A DNA stretch of 40,434 nt from a virus (Duplodnaviria > Caudoviricetes): IMG/VR virus record IMGVR_UViG_3300020042_010429, positions 1-40,434 of that record; one strand, written 5' to 3'. Positions 29,180 to 37,117 of this stretch are shown here, piece after piece (positions within the stretch are counted from its first letter, which is position 1; each line of letters opens with the position of its first letter). The notes under the pieces are model-generated. The model made no database searches and had not been told where the DNA came from. It worked only from the letters and a program-made list of their open reading frames with translations. The position numbers and the translations under genes are program-made.

Positions 29180-30892
29180 ATGGATAATAACAACTTATCA
29201 ATAGATTACACACAATGGGAACGTGGAAAAGATTATCCTGAATATTTTGATGAGGTTGCCTTAAGTACTATTTCAAAAGGATATTTACTTCCCGGAGAAA
29301 CACCAAAAAAAGCATACAGACGAGTAGCACATTCTGTAGCTATGCGTTTAAATAAACCTGAATTAGAAAACAAATTTTTTAAATATATTTGGAATGGATG
29401 GATTGGATTGGCTAGCCCTGTACTCTCAAACACAGGAACGGACCGCGGATTACCGATTAGTTGCTTTGGCATCGATACTCCAGATTCAATCAGAGGTATT
29501 GGCCTTACAAACGCAGAACTTATGCGACTTACCTCTTATGGAGGTGGAGTTGGAATTTCCCTCTCAAGAATTAGAGGAAGAGGATCAAATATTACCGGAA
29601 ATGGAAAATCCGAAGGAATAGTCCCTTGGGCTAAAATTTATGATTCCACTATTATAGCAACTAATCAAGGATCAGTACGAAGAGGAGCAGCATCTGTAAA
29701 TTTAGATATTAATCATAAAGATATTAATGAATTTCTTCAAATCCGTAGACCTAAGGGTGATCCTAACAGACAATGTCTTAATCTTCATCAATGTATAGTT
29801 GTTGATGATGCATTTATGAAGCGTTTAAATGATCGTGATAGTGAAGCTATGTCTTTGTGGTTAGAAATTCTTAAATCTCGTGTAGAAACAGGAGAACCAT
29901 ATATTATGTTTAAGGATAATGTTAATAAAGATAATCCATTAGCATATAGAATGAATAATCTTGATGTTAGTATGACTAATATTTGTACTGAAATTACATT
30001 ACATACAGATGAAGAACATTCATTTATTTGTTGTTTAAGTTCTTTAAATTTAGCTAAATATGATGAATGGAAAAACACAGATTTAGTTGAAACTGCTGTA
30101 TATTTTTTAGATGGGGTAATGGAAGAATTTATTGTTAAAACAAATGGTAAAGACTCAATGATTCGTTCTCACAGACATGCTAAAAAAGGACGTGCACTTG
30201 GTTTAGGTGTAATGGGTTGGCATACCTTTTTACAACAAAAGAATTTACCTTTTAATTCAATTGCATCAACAGCCTGGACACATACTATTTTTAGTGATAT
30301 TAAAATTAAAGCAGAAGCAGCATCTCGTCAACTAGCTGTAGAATATGGTGAACCCCTTTGGTGCAAAAACACAGGTATGAGAAATACTCATTTATTAGCC
30401 ATAGCTCCAACAGTATCCAATTCACGTATTAATGCTTGTTCCGCTGGTATTGAACCCCAACCAGCAAATGTTTATGTGTTTAATGGAGCTAAAGGAACAT
30501 TTATTGTTAAAAATCAAGAATTAGAAAAATTATTAGAATCTAAAGGAAAAAACCAAAATAAATATTGGGACCAAATTTTAGCAGATAACGGATCAGTTCA
30601 AAATTTATCACATGATGTTTTAAATGAAGAAGAAAAAGAAGTATTTTTAACATTTCCCGAAATTAACCAATTATCTTTAGTTCAACAAGCCGCAGCCCGC
30701 CAACGTTATATTGATCAAACCCAATCATTAAATTTAGCTTTTGATCCAACAGATTCTCCAAGATGGATTAATCAAGTCCATATAGAAAGTTGGAAATTAG
30801 GAATAAAAACCCTATACTATTTAAGAACCGACTCTGTAATTAAAGGAGATTTAGGTTCCCGTACATCTATTTGTTTAAGTTGTGATGGATAG
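29180..30892 (+). CDS. nrdA: Class I ribonucleotide reductase alpha subunit, short form without ATP cone
   Basis: 'LPISCF', 'NICTEI', 'CCLSS', 'IAPT', 'TLYY' and C-terminal CLSC; no intein or intron evident. Confidence 0.95.
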   Translation: MDNNNLSIDYTQWERGKDYPEYFDEVALSTISKGYLLPGETPKKAYRRVAHSVAMRLNKPELENKFFKYIWNGWIGLASPVLSNTGTDRGLPISCFGIDTPDSIRGIGLTNAELMRLTSYGGGVGISLSRIRGRGSNITGNGKSEGIVPWAKIYDSTIIATNQGSVRRGAASVNLDINHKDINEFLQIRRPKGDPNRQCLNLHQCIVVDDAFMKRLNDRDSEAMSLWLEILKSRVETGEPYIMFKDNVNKDNPLAYRMNNLDVSMTNICTEITLHTDEEHSFICCLSSLNLAKYDEWKNTDLVETAVYFLDGVMEEFIVKTNGKDSMIRSHRHAKKGRALGLGVMGWHTFLQQKNLPFNSIASTAWTHTIFSDIKIKAEAASRQLAVEYGEPLWCKNTGMRNTHLLAIAPTVSNSRINACSAGIEPQPANVYVFNGAKGTFIVKNQELEKLLESKGKNQNKYWDQILADNGSVQNLSHDVLNEEEKEVFLTFPEINQLSLVQQAAARQRYIDQTQSLNLAFDPTDSPRWINQVHIESWKLGIKTLYYLRTDSVIKGDLGSRTSICLSCDG

Positions 30893-30913
30893 TACATTAA
30901 TCTATAAAACACT

Positions 30914-32167
30914 ATGAAAAAATATTTTTTACCATTTATAATAGCTTTATCTGCATTATCTGTTAGTTTATCTGCCGCTTTCTACTCAGTAACTGGTCTT
31001 AGTATGTTATTTGCTGGAGCTAGTTTTGCAGTTTTAATTATGGCTTCTTCTTTAGAAGTTGCTAAATTAGTTATTGCTTCCTTATTATATCAATATTGGA
31101 ATACATTAAATAAAATTTTAAGAACTTACCTTGTGGTAGCTACTTGTATATTAATACTAATTACATCTGCAGGAATTTATGGTTTTTTATCTGCAGCCTA
31201 TCAAACTACAGCTACAAAATCAGAAATTATAGATAAACAAATTTCTGCCTTAGAAACTAAAAAACAACTTTACACAGATTCAAGAAATAATATATTAAAA
31301 GAAAAGCAATCCCTCTTAGATTTACGAGGTACATTATCTAAAGGCTCAACTACTCAATATACGGATAAAAATGGTAATTTAGTAGTTAGAACAAACAATG
31401 CTGCAATCCGTAACATTGAATCAACATCTAAATCAGATGAAAAATTATCTGAAAAAGTAGATATAGTAAATGATTCTATTTTTAGTTTAGAAAATCAAAT
31501 TTTGGAAGTTAAAACTAATAGTGAAACTACAAGTGAATTAGGTCCTCTTAAATATATTTCAAATTTAACAGGCCAACCAATGGATAAAATTATTAATTGG
31601 TTTTTGCTTATTATTATTTTTGTGTTTGACCCATTAGCAATATCTTTAGTAATTGCTGCTAATTTTGCTTTTGCTCAAATTCGTAAAGACCCTATACATG
31701 ATTTAACTGAGGAAGATAAAGAATGGTTAGATGCTCCTTTATTTAAAGAAGAATTTAAAGAAGAATCTAAACAAGATGAAGTACCAGTAATGATAGATCC
31801 TAAAACAGGTAAATTCTTTTATGAAGAACCGGATCCTGAAAACAAAAATTTAGATTTAGATGGTGATGGTGTTGTTGAAGATGAAGAAATACAACAAGTA
31901 TTTAATGAATCCGATACTAATAATGATGGTTATATAGATGAACAAGAATCAAAATTAGCAAATTTAGACCCTCAAACAACTGAAAAATTAAATCAGTTAA
32001 ATAACCAAGTTGAAGAAGTAATGGATAATTTTAATCAACTTTATAAATTAAACCCAGACCAATCAAATAAAATTAACACTCATATAAAAGAAATAAAAAA
32101 ATTAAGTATAGAATTAGGTACTTTAAAAAATACAAAAAAAGATGATAATACAATAACTTATTTTTAA
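30914..32167 (+). CDS. Membrane protein (3 TM - coiled coil - TM) with C-terminal EF-hand-like Ca-binding loops
   Basis: Hydrophobic N-terminal helices, coiled coil, 'IIFVFDPLAI' TM, then DLDGDGVVEDEE and DTNNDGYIDEQE. Confidence 0.7.
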   Translation: MKKYFLPFIIALSALSVSLSAAFYSVTGLSMLFAGASFAVLIMASSLEVAKLVIASLLYQYWNTLNKILRTYLVVATCILILITSAGIYGFLSAAYQTTATKSEIIDKQISALETKKQLYTDSRNNILKEKQSLLDLRGTLSKGSTTQYTDKNGNLVVRTNNAAIRNIESTSKSDEKLSEKVDIVNDSIFSLENQILEVKTNSETTSELGPLKYISNLTGQPMDKIINWFLLIIIFVFDPLAISLVIAANFAFAQIRKDPIHDLTEEDKEWLDAPLFKEEFKEESKQDEVPVMIDPKTGKFFYEEPDPENKNLDLDGDGVVEDEEIQQVFNESDTNNDGYIDEQESKLANLDPQTTEKLNQLNNQVEEVMDNFNQLYKLNPDQSNKINTHIKEIKKLSIELGTLKNTKKDDNTITYF

Positions 32168-32185
32168 AAACTTATGCAAAAAGAG

Positions 32186-32214
32186 TAGGATTCCCAAGAT
32201 CCTATTCGTATATT
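32186..32214 (+). promoter_or_regulatory. Promoter variant TAGG-N19-TATATT with an inverted repeat in the spacer
   Basis: TAGG at 32186, TATATT at 32209; TAGGAT-tcccaag-ATCCTA (32186-32204). Confidence 0.55.
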
Positions 32215-32244
32215 TACGGTATAGAAATTAAAAAAATAAAGGTT

Positions 32245-32475
32245 ATGTATAACGAATTCATTTATCAAGAAGAACAAGAATACAAACAGTATCAAAAAAT
32301 CATAAATACTAAAGAGTATTTAACTCAAGAGGAATATGATTTTTGTGTTAAATGGGACGCAGCCGAGGCTTGGAAATACCTAAACAATATTGGAGAAGGT
32401 CGTTGGTTAAATATCAATGTTTATTCTGAAGTTGAAAAAGAAGATTATGATTTAAGAATGGAACAAGGTTTATAG
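32245..32475 (+). CDS. Hypothetical protein
   Basis: 76 aa, AAAAAAATAAAGGTT-ATG leader, promoter upstream. Confidence 0.7.
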   Translation: MYNEFIYQEEQEYKQYQKIINTKEYLTQEEYDFCVKWDAAEAWKYLNNIGEGRWLNINVYSEVEKEDYDLRMEQGL

Positions 32476-32484
32476 ATATTAAAT

Positions 32485-32513
32485 TTGGTTTCCTAAAAAA
32501 TTAGTTTTATATT
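32485..32513 (+). promoter_or_regulatory. Bipartite promoter TTGG-N19-TATATT
   Basis: TTGG at 32485, TATATT at 32508. Confidence 0.6.
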
Positions 32514-32526
32514 TAAAAAAAACACA

Positions 32527-32724
32527 ATGAAAAATCAAAATTTACATAATAACAAAATTGCTAATATTATTGATATAAATAATGCTATTAAGGAGGTATG
32601 GAATTACCATCCTGATAATCCTAAGCAAATAGATCCTGTTTTATATCATGCTATTTTAGTTAAAAAATTAAAAATTATGGAACAAGATTTAAAGGAATTT
32701 GAAGATAAATTAGATAATGTATAG
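32527..32724 (+). CDS. Hypothetical protein
   Basis: 65 aa with 'W.YHP.NP'; overlaps the next gene by 8 nt. Confidence 0.65.
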   Translation: MKNQNLHNNKIANIIDINNAIKEVWNYHPDNPKQIDPVLYHAILVKKLKIMEQDLKEFEDKLDNV

Positions 32725-33313
32725 TTTTATAAAAGAAACAAGTATTAGACACAGTAAAGAAGTTGTTACAGAACATATTAATAAACTTCAACCTATTAAC
32801 TATAATAAATTTATGTGGTGGCGTACTCATACTGATAAAATTGTACCTCTTGGTAAACGAGCACCTTTAAAAGACCGTATATTAAATGGTGATTTTAATC
32901 CATCATCATATTTTTGGCAAGCTCAATTATCATTATATATGGCTAAAGAAAAATTGGATTTAACAAAACATGATTCCCAATTCCAAGTTGAGATTTGTGC
33001 TGTAGATTTTGCACGATATAAACGTTTAATGGAGGATTTTGAAAAAGAAGAAACATCACGTGTGGTTGCTCTTTATGATGCCTTTACATCTGCATTTCAA
33101 ATTACTAAAGAAGAACTTGAAACTGAATTTCTTAAATGGCCTGGAGATATTTTAAGTTTTTATGATAGAGCATCTAATTTTTTTAGAACAACACCTGCTG
33201 AAAATAGAAAAAATATGAGAGGTAGAGGTCGCCCCAAAAAAGTTAGAACTCTCCCAATACCAGATGTATTAAAAATAAAAAAAGGTAGAGGTCGTCCAAA
33301 AAATCATCTATAA
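32717..33313 (+). CDS. Hypothetical protein with two C-terminal AT-hook motifs
   Basis: RGRGRPKK and KKGRGRPKN. Confidence 0.7.
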   Translation: MYSFIKETSIRHSKEVVTEHINKLQPINYNKFMWWRTHTDKIVPLGKRAPLKDRILNGDFNPSSYFWQAQLSLYMAKEKLDLTKHDSQFQVEICAVDFARYKRLMEDFEKEETSRVVALYDAFTSAFQITKEELETEFLKWPGDILSFYDRASNFFRTTPAENRKNMRGRGRPKKVRTLPIPDVLKIKKGRGRPKNHL

Positions 33314-33314
33314 A

Positions 33315-33647
33315 ATGATAGATATAAAAATTATACAAATTAAAACTAATACGCAAAATATGTATGGGTGGATTGCATTAAATTCAACCGATCATCCTGT
33401 TGGCCATATTTTTATGCATATTGAACTTGATAATAAAATAAAATTTATGGATGCTTGGGTACATGATGATTTTAGACGCCAAGGTATTTTTAATAAACTT
33501 TGGGATACTCGATGGGAATATGTAGAAGAACATTTTAAAAATTACACAGCATTTGCCTGGTGTTTGCCTACAAGTATTAATTTACTTCGTAAAAAAGGAT
33601 TTGAAGAGGGAGAAACATGCATTTACATGGAGAGAAAAATTAAATAA
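33315..33647 (+). CDS. GNAT-family N-acetyltransferase
   Basis: Acetyl-CoA motif A 'VHDDFRRQGIF..L' and motif B 'S..LL.K.GF'. Confidence 0.8.
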   Translation: MIDIKIIQIKTNTQNMYGWIALNSTDHPVGHIFMHIELDNKIKFMDAWVHDDFRRQGIFNKLWDTRWEYVEEHFKNYTAFAWCLPTSINLLRKKGFEEGETCIYMERKIK

Positions 33648-33649
33648 TT

Positions 33650-33739
33650 ATGAACTTAATAGGATTTATATTAGGATATTTTGCAGTAATTGCTTCAGCT
33701 TTACTGTTAATTTTTAACATGTTTAAAAAACAAAAATGA
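33650..33739 (+). CDS. 29-aa single-TM microprotein (not in the ORF track)
   Basis: MNLIGFILGYFAVIASALLLIFNMFKKQK; fills the gap exactly, ATGA overlap with the next gene. Confidence 0.6.
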   Translation: MNLIGFILGYFAVIASALLLIFNMFKKQK

Positions 33740-33984
33740 AAAAAGTAGTTTGTATAAATGACAGAAAGTTACCTGAAGGTGCTGAAGTTGTAAATGGAAG
33801 AGAATATGAAGTTGTTGAAGAATTCATAAACAATTATGAACAACGAGTGTTTATTATTGCAGGAATAAAAAATGAAGGAACAACTAAAATGGGATTACGT
33901 TGGGTAGGTTATGATGCATCTCGTTTTGCTGATTTAGAATCAATATCTACAGAATCATACGAACACGCATACGCAGAAAATTAA
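33736..33984 (+). CDS. Hypothetical protein (SH3-like small beta domain)
   Basis: 'KVVCIND......V..G.EY.V' and 'YDA.RF'. Confidence 0.65.
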   Translation: MKKVVCINDRKLPEGAEVVNGREYEVVEEFINNYEQRVFIIAGIKNEGTTKMGLRWVGYDASRFADLESISTESYEHAYAEN

Positions 33985-33989
33985 TTAAT

Positions 33990-34784
33990 ATGAAAAAAGT
34001 AAAAATATCACATGAGGTACCATTTTGTCTATTGACAAAAAGTAGAGAATTTAACGATTACGATTATTGTTTACCCCATTTAATGGATGAAGATGAAGAA
34101 TATCGTGTATTTTTCCTTAATTCAAAAAATGTAGATCGATATATTATAATGGACAATTCCCTTCATGAACTTGGAGAAGCATACAGCACAGATCGTTTAA
34201 TGTATTGGGTAAATAAACTTGAACCAGATGAATTTATTGTACCTGATGTTTGGGAAGATTATGCTGCTTCAGTTCGCAATGCAAAACAATGGGCAAATAT
34301 TCAACTTCCGGAAAATACAACTAAAGTAGCCGTTGTGCAAGCAAAAAGTTTACATGAAGCTAACTTATGTGTTCAAGCATATAAAGATTTGGGATACAAG
34401 AAAATTGCATTTTCATATGGTGCTTCATATTATAATGATATTTGTCCCCACCCAAATCAAGATTTAGGTAAAGCTATTGGAAGATTTATGGTAATTTCTA
34501 CTATGTTTAGGGATAAAACAATCGTTAATACAGATCGAATCCATTTACTTGGAACTGCTTCTCCTATTGAATTTGGTTTTTATAAAAATATGCCATTTAT
34601 TGAATCTATTGATACCTCAAGTCCAATTATGGCCGCAATTGGTGAAATGCCATATACAAAAATGGGATTACATCAAAAACCAATAGCTAATATGAATAAT
34701 ATTCAAAGTATAAGCAAAGAGTTTGTTAACGAGGATCTTGTAGATTTTAATGTTGGAATGTTTCGCACAATAAATGGACTCTAA
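33990..34784 (+). CDS. dpdA: TGT-fold 7-deazaguanine transglycosylase-like protein (DpdA family)
   Basis: TGT-like motifs in order 'IMDNS', 'PDV', 'AVVQ', 'IHLLG', 'SIDTSSP'; clustered with queC/D/E. Confidence 0.7.
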   Translation: MKKVKISHEVPFCLLTKSREFNDYDYCLPHLMDEDEEYRVFFLNSKNVDRYIIMDNSLHELGEAYSTDRLMYWVNKLEPDEFIVPDVWEDYAASVRNAKQWANIQLPENTTKVAVVQAKSLHEANLCVQAYKDLGYKKIAFSYGASYYNDICPHPNQDLGKAIGRFMVISTMFRDKTIVNTDRIHLLGTASPIEFGFYKNMPFIESIDTSSPIMAAIGEMPYTKMGLHQKPIANMNNIQSISKEFVNEDLVDFNVGMFRTINGL

Positions 34785-34785
34785 T

Positions 34786-34814
34786 TTGGAGTCTATATTT
34801 TCTTTTTGTATATT
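34786..34814 (+). promoter_or_regulatory. Bipartite promoter TTGG-N19-TATATT
   Basis: TTGG at 34786, TATATT at 34809. Confidence 0.65.
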
Positions 34815-34832
34815 TAACCAAAAATAAAAGTT

Positions 34833-35090
34833 ATGGAATATTTAAGTTTATATGATTACCTAGGAAAACCTGCAGGTAATGATCTAGGAAAAGAAGTAGC
34901 ATCAGCCGCTATTAATGCGAATATTAAACTGCAAACCCGTGAAATTACTAATCCAAAATACGAAGGGAGAGTAAATCTTTACCCTAAAGATTTCTTAGAT
35001 TTCTATTTTAGAGAACCAGAATCAATCCATCAAGAAGATCTACCAGGAACACTTAATAGAGTTATTGGGGAAGATGATTTACCCTTTTAA
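34833..35090 (+). CDS. Hypothetical protein ending in an SSB-tail-like EDDLPF
   Basis: 'SLYDYLGK.AG..LGKEV', 'YP..FL..YF', C-terminal GEDDLPF. Confidence 0.7.
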   Translation: MEYLSLYDYLGKPAGNDLGKEVASAAINANIKLQTREITNPKYEGRVNLYPKDFLDFYFREPESIHQEDLPGTLNRVIGEDDLPF

Positions 35091-35092
35091 TC

Positions 35093-35272
35093 ATGGATAA
35101 ATTAACAAAACAGGAATTTGAAAAATTCCGTGAACTGTGGAAAGAAGAATGGTATACTCATTGGAGATTATTAGATATTGATTTTGAATGTTATATGCTA
35201 ATGAAAGGATTAACTAAACAAGAATATAAAAATTTAAATAGTGAATTATGGCAAAACATAAATTGGATATGA
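35093..35272 (+). CDS. 59-aa hypothetical protein (below the ORF-track cutoff)
   Basis: MDKLTKQEFEKFRELWKEEWYTHWRLLDIDFECYMLMKGLTKQEYKNLNSELWQNINWI; ATGA overlap with queC. Confidence 0.65.
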   Translation: MDKLTKQEFEKFRELWKEEWYTHWRLLDIDFECYMLMKGLTKQEYKNLNSELWQNINWI

Positions 35273-36177
35273 AACATGTAGTAATTAGTCTTAGCGGAGG
35301 GATGGACTCCTCAACATTGTTACTTCGTTGCTTAAAAGAGTACGATACAGTAACAGCTATCTCATTTGACTATGGTCAAAAACATAGAGTAGAGTTAGAG
35401 AGAGCTCAATCATTAGTAGACTATATTAACAAAAATCCAAATCGTATTTTTTCACACGATGAGCTTCCTAATGGATGTATTTCTTATTCACTAGTAAATT
35501 ACCATCAAATCCAAATAAACGGACTAGCTGACCTATTAGACTCAGCTCTTGTAACAGGTGGAGCAGAAGTACCTGAAGGACACTATGCTGAAGAAAACAT
35601 GAAAGCAACAGTTGTTCCAAATAGAAACAAAATATTTGCTTCAATTACACAAGCAGTTGCACTTTCAGTAGCAAATAAAACAGGTGAGCAATGTGATATT
35701 GCAATGGGGATCCATGCAGGGGATCATGCAATTTACCCTGATTGTAGGCAAGAATTTAGAGATGCAGACGATCATGCCTTTAGAATGGGTAATTGGGAAG
35801 CAGATAAAGTAGATTACTTTACTCCATACCTTAAAGGTGATAAATTTACCATTTTACAAGATGGAGAAGTATTATGTAGAGAGTTAGGTTTAGATTTTAA
35901 TGAAGTATATAAACGTACAAATACATCTTATAAACCCATTTTTATCCTAGGTAGAGGAGACTCATTTATAGAATATAATCCATCAAAAAACGGAATTGTA
36001 GCAGAAAGAGGAGGTTGGTTCTCTGATTACAAATCAGCAAGTTCCGTGGAGCGTGTAGAAGCATTTATTAAATTGGGACGAAAAGATCCTGTAGGATATG
36101 CTGATGAAACAGGTCCTGTAAGTTGGGAACACGTAGTAAATGAAGTAACAAAAGTTTTAGAAACACACAATAATTAA
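35269..36177 (+). CDS. queC: 7-cyano-7-deazaguanine synthase QueC (Cys-less zinc site)
   Basis: SLSGGMDS PP-loop, 'FDYGQKH', 'VVPNRN', 'GIHAGD...YPDCR'. Confidence 0.92.
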   Translation: MKHVVISLSGGMDSSTLLLRCLKEYDTVTAISFDYGQKHRVELERAQSLVDYINKNPNRIFSHDELPNGCISYSLVNYHQIQINGLADLLDSALVTGGAEVPEGHYAEENMKATVVPNRNKIFASITQAVALSVANKTGEQCDIAMGIHAGDHAIYPDCRQEFRDADDHAFRMGNWEADKVDYFTPYLKGDKFTILQDGEVLCRELGLDFNEVYKRTNTSYKPIFILGRGDSFIEYNPSKNGIVAERGGWFSDYKSASSVERVEAFIKLGRKDPVGYADETGPVSWEHVVNEVTKVLETHNN

Positions 36178-36178
36178 A

Positions 36179-36385
36179 ATGGCTAGATCATATCAAAGTT
36201 ATAAAGCATCTAAAGAAGAACAATTTATTGTTCTAAATCAAAATGGTCAAGTTTTTGCAGGATTAAAAGAAGGTTATCCTAACTACTCAGATGATTGGTC
36301 CGAAGCAAAACCCTTATCTATTAACAACACAGCAATATTATTACGTGAAAAAGGAACAGAATTAATTTCTGAAAATAAATTTTAA
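36179..36385 (+). CDS. Hypothetical protein
   Basis: 68-aa ORF tightly packed in the operon. Confidence 0.65.
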   Translation: MARSYQSYKASKEEQFIVLNQNGQVFAGLKEGYPNYSDDWSEAKPLSINNTAILLREKGTELISENKF

Positions 36386-36396
36386 AAAAACAATAA

Positions 36397-36642
36397 ATGA
36401 AACAATTATTTTATTTTTCTGCAGATTGGTGTCAACCCTGCAAAGCATTAGGTCCTACTATGGATCGAGTATCTGGACAAATTCAAATTAATAAAATTAA
36501 TATTGATTATGAAGCGGATGTAGTACAAAAATATGGAGTTCGAAATATTCCAACAGTAATACTCGTGGAAAATGGTCAAGAAGTTCGTAGATTTACAGGA
36601 AATAGAAGTTATAACGATGTAATTAGTTTTATTAATGGGTAG
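36397..36642 (+). CDS. trxA: Thioredoxin
   Basis: 'FSADWCQPCK' and 'VRNIPT'. Confidence 0.92.
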   Translation: MKQLFYFSADWCQPCKALGPTMDRVSGQIQINKINIDYEADVVQKYGVRNIPTVILVENGQEVRRFTGNRSYNDVISFING

Positions 36643-37099
36643 TTTTAGATCAACAAAAATATTTGATGGATACTCTACAGTATTTCGTCAATGGAAAGCA
36701 GAAGGAACACATTGTAGATTTCTTCATGGCTATGGAGTAAGCTTAAAAGTATGGTTTGAGGGAGAGCTTGATGAACGTAATTGGGTTTGGGATTTTGGAG
36801 GTATGAAACGTGCTAAAAGTACTATTGATGGTATGAATCCTAAAGTATGGATGGATTATATGCTAGATCATACCACAATTATAGCTGAAGATGATCCATA
36901 TTTAAGTCTTTTTAAACAACTGGATAATGAGGGTCTTATCCAAATAAGAATTATCCCATCAACAGGATCAGAACGTTTTGCTGAGTATTTTTATACTAAA
37001 TTAAATGATTTTGTTCAAGCAGAAACAGAAGGACGTGTAAAAGTAGTCCAAGTTGAGTTCCGTGAACATGAAAAAAACACAGCATTTTATAAAGGATAA
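36635..37099 (+). CDS. queD: 6-carboxytetrahydropterin synthase QueD / PTPS family
   Basis: 'HCRFLHGY', 'WVWDFGG', 'LDH', 'E.FAE', terminal 'E...N.A'. Confidence 0.85.
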   Translation: MGSFRSTKIFDGYSTVFRQWKAEGTHCRFLHGYGVSLKVWFEGELDERNWVWDFGGMKRAKSTIDGMNPKVWMDYMLDHTTIIAEDDPYLSLFKQLDNEGLIQIRIIPSTGSERFAEYFYTKLNDFVQAETEGRVKVVQVEFREHEKNTAFYKG

Positions 37100-37117
37100 A
37101 TATCAAGTAAAAGAAAT

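Noticed and set aside
35248-35268. Longer QueC start at 35248
   Set aside because: It overlaps the 59-aa upstream ORF; ATG 35269 gives a typical QueC N-terminus and an ATGA coupling.
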